Below the pieces are notes generated by a model that was not told where the DNA came from, ran no database searches, and was given only the letters and a program-made list of their open reading frames with translations. Position numbers and translations under genes: made by a program. DNA of 10,299 bases from Candidatus Auribacterota bacterium (GTDB lineage Bacteria > Auribacterota > UBA6266): assembly GCA_023136205.1 (NCBI GenBank), contig JAGLRQ010000122.1, forward strand, positions 1 to 10,299. The letters run 5' to 3'. Within the stretch, counting starts at the first letter, position 1; each line of letters opens with the position of its first letter. Below, piece by piece: positions 5,195 through 10,299 of this stretch.

Positions 5195-8100
5195 ATGAAT
5201 AAAAACCTCAAGCAAAATGTAAAAAAATATTCCGGTGTTATAGAGATTGTTGCCGGGATAACCGCGGTGGTTGTCTTTATTCATGTTCTGAGAATTTTTC
5301 TTCTAAAAGGTGAAACGACTCTGATGCATGATAATTTCTACTGGGGATATCCTGTCTTCCAATTTTTTACGGAGAATATACTTAATGGCCATTTTCCCCT
5401 ATGGAATCCGTTTACACATGCTGGAGAACCGTTCTATCCGGTACTGTTTACGGCCCGATTACTGGATCCCAATATATTGCTGAGTATATTTTTAGGAAAA
5501 TTTTTTACTAACGATATTATCCTGTTATATAATTGGACATTTTTTTTGCAAAACTTGATAATGGTGTTTGGAATCTACCTTCTGTTTCGCCCGTTAGCTG
5601 GAAATCTATTTATACGTTTGTCTTTAATCCCTATTTTGCTTTATTCATCATTGATACTTGTTTCTTTTCGTCAAGGGCTGCCTTTGAGAACCTTTATATG
5701 GGTTCCTTTTATAACGTATTTTCTGCTTCGTATAATCTATTATAAAGATTACCGGTGGCATAACTGGCTTTTTCTGTCCGGTTTAATCGGCCTTAATTGG
5801 CAGTTCTATTATTTTTCTAACCTCTGGACATTCCTTTTATTGTTTTTCCTTGGCTTTGTGTTTTTTCGAAGGGATCTCTTAAAAGATTTGTTCAGAAGCA
5901 AAAATGTTGTTTTCAAATTCATAGCGGCAGGGGTGATTATATTCGCCATGATGATGCCAAACATTATTCTTATGCTGGAGAAAGACAATTATGTATATCC
6001 GGCAAGAATGATATATTCCGGCTATGAAGAAAAATTTCCTCAGGGAGGGCCGCAGCAATTTGAAGGCGATTCCCTGCCGGAAGTTTCTGGTATTGTAGTG
6101 CCTTATGGTTTGATGACTTATACAGGTTCTTTTTCGACCATCTGGAATTTCATTCAGATTATTTCCCCGGAAGCAAATAAAATGGTTACGGGGGACGAGA
6201 ACAGTTCTTGGGGGAAACCATCGGAAGCTTATATGTATTTAGGCCTTTTACCCTGGGCTATTGCTTTATTTGGTATGGCAGCCGGCAGGCACGGCCTTAA
6301 GAGATTATGGCTGTTTCTTCTTTTTGCGCTTGGATTGTTGATGTTGGGGCCGTCAGGAGGATTACATCGAATTCTCTATTACATTTTTCCTCCTCTCTGG
6401 TTTAACAGGCATACACAAAGTTTTACGCTATTCTTCTTGCTCCCTTTTTTATTTTTTTATGTTTTAGGATTTAACCGCATTTTTTCCACGTGGGATGGAG
6501 TTCTCTTTTCTTCTAATAATAAAACCGGCCCCATAAAACATCTGATACATAGGAAATCTGGCAATAGTACCGCATCCGGCCTCATAGCGTTGCTTCTGTT
6601 TTTTTGCAGCATAGTTGGTTTTGTATATTGGATGACGAATCTTGAATATCCGCAGACAAATTATTTATTCCTTTTAATTCTTTCTGTTTTTGCCATGGGC
6701 TGGTTACTGCGCAATGATTTGGGAGAAAAGGGAATATATACCGCTTTGATTGCAGGTTCTGTCGGCCTAGTTCTTATTCTGGGGCTTGAGCCGTTGGGAT
6801 TTATAACAAAAGTAATCCTATTTCTGTTGTTCCCTGTTATTTTGTTTTTACTTGTTAAAACAAATAAAAGATTATTTAAAAATTTTCCTATAGCGGCTGT
6901 TTTGCTTATTGCTTTTGCTCTTGTCCTGATTGAAGATTTAATCGCGCATCTTGATTTAACCGCTTATTTGTACCGGACACAAAGACACCCGAAGAAAGCC
7001 TTTAATTTTGAAACGTCTATTCGCGGCCCTGTGCTGCCTCGGAATAGAAAAATTGTTCCTGTTGCCGATTATGTTTTCGGCAATCAGTTTATGAGATATC
7101 TTTCTCTTATATATCATCAATCGTATGTCTTCTCGCCCGTTATGGAAGACCCGGAAATTTTATTTGAATCTCAGAAAAATATTACATTTGACGTGTTTAA
7201 GAATCATTCTTTCGAAGAATGGATTGAATTACCCGAAGGGCAGCTTTTGCCGGAGGGCTGCATATATTATCAGGAAGGAATAAGCGGTTTCGCGAAAAGA
7301 TATGATTTGGAAGGCGGTGTCGCAAAAGGCAAATATTCTGTTTTCCTGTCCCCATCGTCTAAAGGTAATTCCATGTTAAGATTTAGAACCGGAAACATTG
7401 AAGCTTTAAGGGGGCGGTTTATCAAGTTTTCGGTTTTAGTTAAAAGCCAGAATGAATCTTCTAATTGTATTCAGCTTGATATTCAGGATGGTGTAAGTCC
7501 TGTGACGGTTAGTTCTTATTCAAATAGCGGTGAATGGGAACGTATTTCAGTGACAAAGCGTATTGATGAGAACGCGAAGGAGATACTTCTTAATTTTAAT
7601 GTATTCCATAAATCTACTGCCGGAGCATTGTTTGATGAAGTAAAGATAGAAATTGGCAAAGGTATTGATTTTCCCGGAAAGTTTGAAAAGGCTTTATATA
7701 GCAAACGATGGAGTACTTTTTTACTGCTAAAAAGTTATTTTAATTTGATTAATTCGAGAATTCCTGCTCCTGTTTTAGAAAAAATGTTTGCGGTGGAGGA
7801 ACCTGTATTTCAGTTTAAACAGGGGGTTGTGGAAACGCGGAAAGGAGAGCTGATCCCTTTTTTAGAGAAACTGGATTCTGATGAAGCTGTTCAGTTGTTA
7901 GGAAAATATGTTTTAGCTGAGAAAAAATCTGATCTATCAATGGAACGTTTAAAAATATCTTTGGCAGATTACAAAAGATCAAAGGCGGGGAGTTATGAAT
8001 ACCGGAAGAGTAACAAGTTTTCATATTCCATTAAAAAATATGAGTACAGTTCTTTTGACATGGAGGTTTGTTCTGATAAAGCGGGGGTCCTTTACTGGTC

Positions 8101-8368
8101 TGACGGATATGACACAAGATGGAATGCCTATATTAATGGGAAGAAAGTTCCTGTTTATCGTGTTAACGTGAATTTTAAAGCTATTTACCTTCCGGCTGGT
8201 ACTAACCTGGTTAGTTTTGTTTATGAACATTCGCTGTTCACGTCAGCGCTGTTTGTGTTTTACAGTTTTTTTGCGGTATCTATTGCCGCGGGCCTGGCCG
8301 CGCTTGCGTACTGCTGTTTTGTGAAACGTGGGAAAAAATCGGGGCCGCTACTGACAATACAGTTGTAA
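5195..8368 (+). CDS. YfhO-like (GT-C-type) polytopic membrane glycosyltransferase-family protein with large extracytoplasmic C-terminal region
   Basis: 1057-aa ORF with GAAAGGGG upstream of ATG 5195. After TM1 comes HDNFYWGYPVFQFFTENILNGHFPLWNPFTHAGEPFY, which is the YfhO-type first-loop pattern (acidic residue, then L-x-G-x-x-P-L-W, then G-x-P). There are many TM helices up to about aa 585. The C-terminal signature YWSDGYDTRWNAYINGKKVPVYRVNVNFKAIYLPAGTNLVSFVYEHSLF is followed by a final TM helix (nt 8093-8239 onward), as in YfhO-family proteins. Confidence 0.75.
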   Translation: MNKNLKQNVKKYSGVIEIVAGITAVVVFIHVLRIFLLKGETTLMHDNFYWGYPVFQFFTENILNGHFPLWNPFTHAGEPFYPVLFTARLLDPNILLSIFLGKFFTNDIILLYNWTFFLQNLIMVFGIYLLFRPLAGNLFIRLSLIPILLYSSLILVSFRQGLPLRTFIWVPFITYFLLRIIYYKDYRWHNWLFLSGLIGLNWQFYYFSNLWTFLLLFFLGFVFFRRDLLKDLFRSKNVVFKFIAAGVIIFAMMMPNIILMLEKDNYVYPARMIYSGYEEKFPQGGPQQFEGDSLPEVSGIVVPYGLMTYTGSFSTIWNFIQIISPEANKMVTGDENSSWGKPSEAYMYLGLLPWAIALFGMAAGRHGLKRLWLFLLFALGLLMLGPSGGLHRILYYIFPPLWFNRHTQSFTLFFLLPFLFFYVLGFNRIFSTWDGVLFSSNNKTGPIKHLIHRKSGNSTASGLIALLLFFCSIVGFVYWMTNLEYPQTNYLFLLILSVFAMGWLLRNDLGEKGIYTALIAGSVGLVLILGLEPLGFITKVILFLLFPVILFLLVKTNKRLFKNFPIAAVLLIAFALVLIEDLIAHLDLTAYLYRTQRHPKKAFNFETSIRGPVLPRNRKIVPVADYVFGNQFMRYLSLIYHQSYVFSPVMEDPEILFESQKNITFDVFKNHSFEEWIELPEGQLLPEGCIYYQEGISGFAKRYDLEGGVAKGKYSVFLSPSSKGNSMLRFRTGNIEALRGRFIKFSVLVKSQNESSNCIQLDIQDGVSPVTVSSYSNSGEWERISVTKRIDENAKEILLNFNVFHKSTAGALFDEVKIEIGKGIDFPGKFEKALYSKRWSTFLLLKSYFNLINSRIPAPVLEKMFAVEEPVFQFKQGVVETRKGELIPFLEKLDSDEAVQLLGKYVLAEKKSDLSMERLKISLADYKRSKAGSYEYRKSNKFSYSIKKYEYSSFDMEVCSDKAGVLYWSDGYDTRWNAYINGKKVPVYRVNVNFKAIYLPAGTNLVSFVYEHSLFTSALFVFYSFFAVSIAAGLAALAYCCFVKRGKKSGPLLTIQL
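7178..7657 (+). other. CBM4/9-like (galactose-binding-like jelly-roll) segment inside the YfhO-like protein
   Basis: aa 662-821: NHSFEEW...KGKYSVFLSP...RGRFIKFSVLVKSQNESSNCIQLDIQDG...SNSGEWERISVTKRIDENAKEILLNFNVFHKSTAGALFDEVKIEIG. The order is: aromatic/acidic start, 'G-x-Y-x-hydrophobic' strand, 'hydrophobic-x-F-S-V-x-V-K' strand, then W-x-x-I-S-V. The terminal F-D-E-V-x-I matches the usual CBM_4_9 layout. Recognised by eye only. Confidence 0.4.
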
Positions 8369-8391
8369 CCTGTGATAGTTTTTTTTATAAT
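8363..8391 (+). promoter_or_regulatory. Candidate sigma70-type promoter in the only sizeable intergenic gap
   Basis: TTGTAA (8363-8368, 4/6 match to TTGACA, overlapping the TAA stop), an exact 17-nt spacer, then a perfect TATAAT (8386-8391). It lies about 70 nt upstream of ATG 8465, which has its own AAGGA (8451-8455). In AT-rich DNA such matches arise by chance fairly often. Confidence 0.3.
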
Positions 8392-8464
8392 GTGGTTTGA
8401 AATGGTTTTTGGTGAGGTTTTTTGTTGAAAAGGTTGTTTTATCGGAGAAAAAGGATTTGAGTAT

Positions 8465-9730
8465 ATGAATTTTAAAAAGGATGTTCTTTTCGCGAAGAAA
8501 AACAGAAAAACTGAAGCAATATTTATAAGCCTGATTTCTATGTTGTTTTTCTTATTCGTATATAAAATATTAACAGCCCAATCAATGCTTTCACATGATT
8601 CAATCCGCTGGTATGGCGTTTATCACCTCTTTGCGGATTCACTGTTAAACGGTATTTTTCCCTATTGGGATCCGTTTGATTCCTGCGGCCAGCCCTTTTA
8701 TTATAATTTGGGTATTTTGAGGTTGTATGAACCGATAACCGTTGGGTTTATTATGTTGCAAAAAGTGTTTAATTCTTCAATATTAAGTATTTATCATTGG
8801 GAATACATAATAAGAATTTGGTTGGTGGCCTTGGGTGTGTATCTGTGCTACAGGCAGACAAATAAATATCTTCTCAGCAGTTGTATGGTTTTTGCCGTGT
8901 TTTTATTTTCGTCTTTTGCCGTTACCTCTTTCAGACAGAATGGTGTTTTGTACGTATTTTTCTGGACGCCTCTGGCCATGTACTTTTTTTTGAAGCTCCT
9001 GAAGGATTTCAGTCTTTATAATGTAATAGGTTTTTCTTTTTTTATAGGCCTGTCATTGATTAATTATCAGGGGGTATATATACTAACCTACCTTTTTATT
9101 TTTATACTTACTTTATTGATTAATAAAAGAGGTTATTTAATCTCGGTATTTAAAAACGCTAAAAATTTGGTTCGTATCTTCGCCGGGATAATCGTGGTGG
9201 TTATTCTGGCCCTGCCATTACTGGGCATTTACATTGAAAAAGATAAGATAATTCCCAGTGTGAGATTGAGAGACAAAGCTGAGATCTCCGGGGGAATAAA
9301 CCTGGCCTATGATTCTATAGAAAAAGCGGGTACGCATTCCAATATAGCTGATTTTCTGGAACTTATATTTCCTCCGGTGGCACGCGGTTATTTCTGGCAT
9401 TGGTTTCCTGTATCCGGGGCTGCTTTGTCAGAGTGTTTTTTATATATCGGTATATTCCCGCTTGTATTAGGTATCCTGGGCGCTGTGAAATCCAGGCAGG
9501 AGTATCGCAAAAACTTTCTAATTACCCTTGTTCTTGTCGGGCTTTTGATGTTGGGCCCGAAATATGGTATTCACAGGCTGATATACTTTTTATTTTATCC
9601 TTTGCGGGTTACGCGGCACATGCATCTTTTCGCGGGGTTTTTTATATTTACACTGCTTTATTTTGTCGGGCAGGGTATAGATTTTGTTATAGATAACACT
9701 TTAGCGAAATTTACAAAGGATGGAAGATGA
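8465..9730 (+). CDS. YfhO-like membrane protein paralog, N-terminal (transmembrane) part
   Basis: 421-aa ORF, colinear with aa ~40-430 of the 5195-8368 product. SHDSIRWYGVYHLFADSLLNGIFPYWDPFDSCGQPFY matches MHDNFYWGYPVFQFFTENILNGHFPLWNPFTHAGEPFY. SSFAVTSFRQ matches SSLILVSFRQ. GLLMLGPKYGIHRLIYFLFYPLRVTRH matches GLLMLGPSGGLHRILYYIFPPLWFNRH. It ends at TGA 9728-9730, before any extracytoplasmic domain. Confidence 0.75.
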   Translation: MNFKKDVLFAKKNRKTEAIFISLISMLFFLFVYKILTAQSMLSHDSIRWYGVYHLFADSLLNGIFPYWDPFDSCGQPFYYNLGILRLYEPITVGFIMLQKVFNSSILSIYHWEYIIRIWLVALGVYLCYRQTNKYLLSSCMVFAVFLFSSFAVTSFRQNGVLYVFFWTPLAMYFFLKLLKDFSLYNVIGFSFFIGLSLINYQGVYILTYLFIFILTLLINKRGYLISVFKNAKNLVRIFAGIIVVVILALPLLGIYIEKDKIIPSVRLRDKAEISGGINLAYDSIEKAGTHSNIADFLELIFPPVARGYFWHWFPVSGAALSECFLYIGIFPLVLGILGAVKSRQEYRKNFLITLVLVGLLMLGPKYGIHRLIYFLFYPLRVTRHMHLFAGFFIFTLLYFVGQGIDFVIDNTLAKFTKDGR

Positions 9731-10299
9731 AAGAGGCCTTTTTAAGCCTTATTTATATTATAGTGCTCTATATGTATTTATTAGTAAGTCTGCTTGCCGC
9801 AATCTATTGGATAAAAAAGAAAAAAAAACTACTGGGGCCTTTTTTGTTAATTGTTGTTGCGATTGCGATAGACCTTTTTTTATTTAATAGGTTTATCTTA
9901 AATGAAGTAGTTTTACCACGTAAAGGTATTGGGTTTGAGAAATATCCAACCCCGTATAGTTTTTCGAAAAATAGAGTTCCAAATTTAATTTCGGACAATG
10001 GTTTCCATAATTTTCGTCCTGCCCTTTACAAAAAAGCTGTCGCTGTCGGCAGTTATACAATTGATGAAGCTGTAATAGATAACCACAGTGTGCCAAAAGC
10101 GTATGTGGTATTGCAGGACCATTTTTCTAAATATCCTTTATATGATGAATTAAATAAATTGAATATAAAACAGTTTATTAAATATGGCATGTCAAATATT
10201 GACAGTTGGGTGATAGAGGAAAGATTGTTTTTTTCAATAATATTAAATGCCGTATTAGATGGGTTTTTATCTCATCAGAGTTTTTATGAAAAATATATA
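9727..10299 (+). CDS. Continuation of the second YfhO-like paralog as a separate ORF (3'-truncated by the window edge)
   Basis: My own translation; not in the supplied track. ATG 9727 overlaps TGA 9728-9730 (ATGA). The frame stays open for 191 codons to the window end: MKEAFLSLIYIIVLYMYLLVSLLAAIYWIKKKKKLLGPFLLIVVAIAIDLFLFNRFILNEVVLPRKGIGFEKYPTPYSFSKNRVPNLISDNGFHNFRPALYKKA... It has two TM helices separated by KKKKK, then a soluble region. That region loosely aligns with KKAFNFETSIRGPVLPRNRKIVPVADYVFGNQF, which follows the last TM helix of the 1057-aa paralog. Confidence 0.6.
   Translation, partial: MKEAFLSLIYIIVLYMYLLVSLLAAIYWIKKKKKLLGPFLLIVVAIAIDLFLFNRFILNEVVLPRKGIGFEKYPTPYSFSKNRVPNLISDNGFHNFRPALYKKAVAVGSYTIDEAVIDNHSVPKAYVVLQDHFSKYPLYDELNKLNIKQFIKYGMSNIDSWVIEERLFFSIILNAVLDGFLSHQSFYEKYI

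Noticed and set aside
8358-8386. Possible intrinsic terminator after the 1057-aa gene: short hairpin UACAG/CUGUG followed by T8
   Set aside because: The stem is only 5 bp including a G-U pair, with two G-C pairs and a 7-nt loop. It is separated from the T-run by 4 nt, which is too weak to call. The T-run also lies within the candidate promoter spacer.
8390-8428. Mini-ORF MWFEMVFGEVFC in the 96-nt intergenic gap as a possible precursor peptide
   Set aside because: It has no Shine-Dalgarno sequence (it is preceded by T8/TATA), is only 12 codons long, and is detached from the rSAM genes by more than 4 kb. A chance ATG in a T/G-rich leader is the simpler explanation.
972-9696. Plus-strand alternative-frame ORFs 972-1181, 5533-5745 and 9400-9696
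   Set aside because: Each is out of frame inside a longer, motif-supported CDS, so they are chance open frames. The stop of 9400-9696 only defines how far back the 9727 ORF's frame stays open.
302-9828. A-homopolymer tracts (A9 at 302-310 and 9820-9828; A7-A8 at 965-972, 2752-2759, 3847-3853, 4684-4691) as slipped-strand phase-variation switches
   Set aside because: They are spread through all genes and simply encode Lys runs (AAA codons) in an AT-rich genome. There is no enrichment at one locus and no evidence of length heterogeneity from a single sequence.
5099-10096. Minus-strand ORFs 5099-5284, 7516-7704, 7815-8024, 8021-8230, 9218-9400, 9804-9998, 9893-10096
   Set aside because: They are embedded antisense in the YfhO-like genes, and none has a recognisable motif or an independent ribosome-binding context.
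1-10299. RNA genes, CRISPR arrays, mobile elements, cobalamin or SAM riboswitch
   Set aside because: Coding sequence on the + strand fills almost the whole window. I saw no direct-repeat/spacer periodicity, no tRNA-like cloverleaf segments and no transposase or integrase motifs. I also saw no B12-box or SAM-riboswitch-like conserved cores in 91-292 or 8369-8464.

Overview
All supportable genes are on the + strand and very tightly packed: overlaps of 1, 4, 11, 13 and 4 nt, spacers of 6-15 nt, and one 96-nt gap. The window reads as one or two operons from a visibly AT-rich genome. Module A (293-4732) has a radical SAM enzyme with a SPASM-like C-terminal Cys array. It is followed by two adjacent paralogous genes, each encoding two copies of an ~80-90 aa three-cysteine domain. 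That makes four copies; from memory the motif layout resembles the small TIGR04076-type family. Module A ends with a B12-binding (class B) radical SAM enzyme and a classical SDR oxidoreductase. Module B (4748-10299) has a small DUF457/YdjM-like membrane protein and a 1057-aa YfhO-like (GT-C-type) polytopic membrane protein with a CBM-like beta-sandwich segment. It also has a second, diverged YfhO-like paralog split into two ORFs at an ATGA junction. The second half (9727 to window end) is missing from the supplied ORF track. A 5'-truncated ORF probably occupies 3-293. I found no rRNA/tRNA, CRISPR array, transposase/integrase or long DNA repeat. The best candidate for something undescribed is module A: two different radical SAM enzymes translationally coupled around four copies of a Cys-motif domain. 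It has no short precursor ORF and no room for an RRE (the peptide-recognition domain), and it is physically joined to envelope glycosyl-transfer machinery. All family assignments come from motif recognition by eye and need HMM or structure confirmation.
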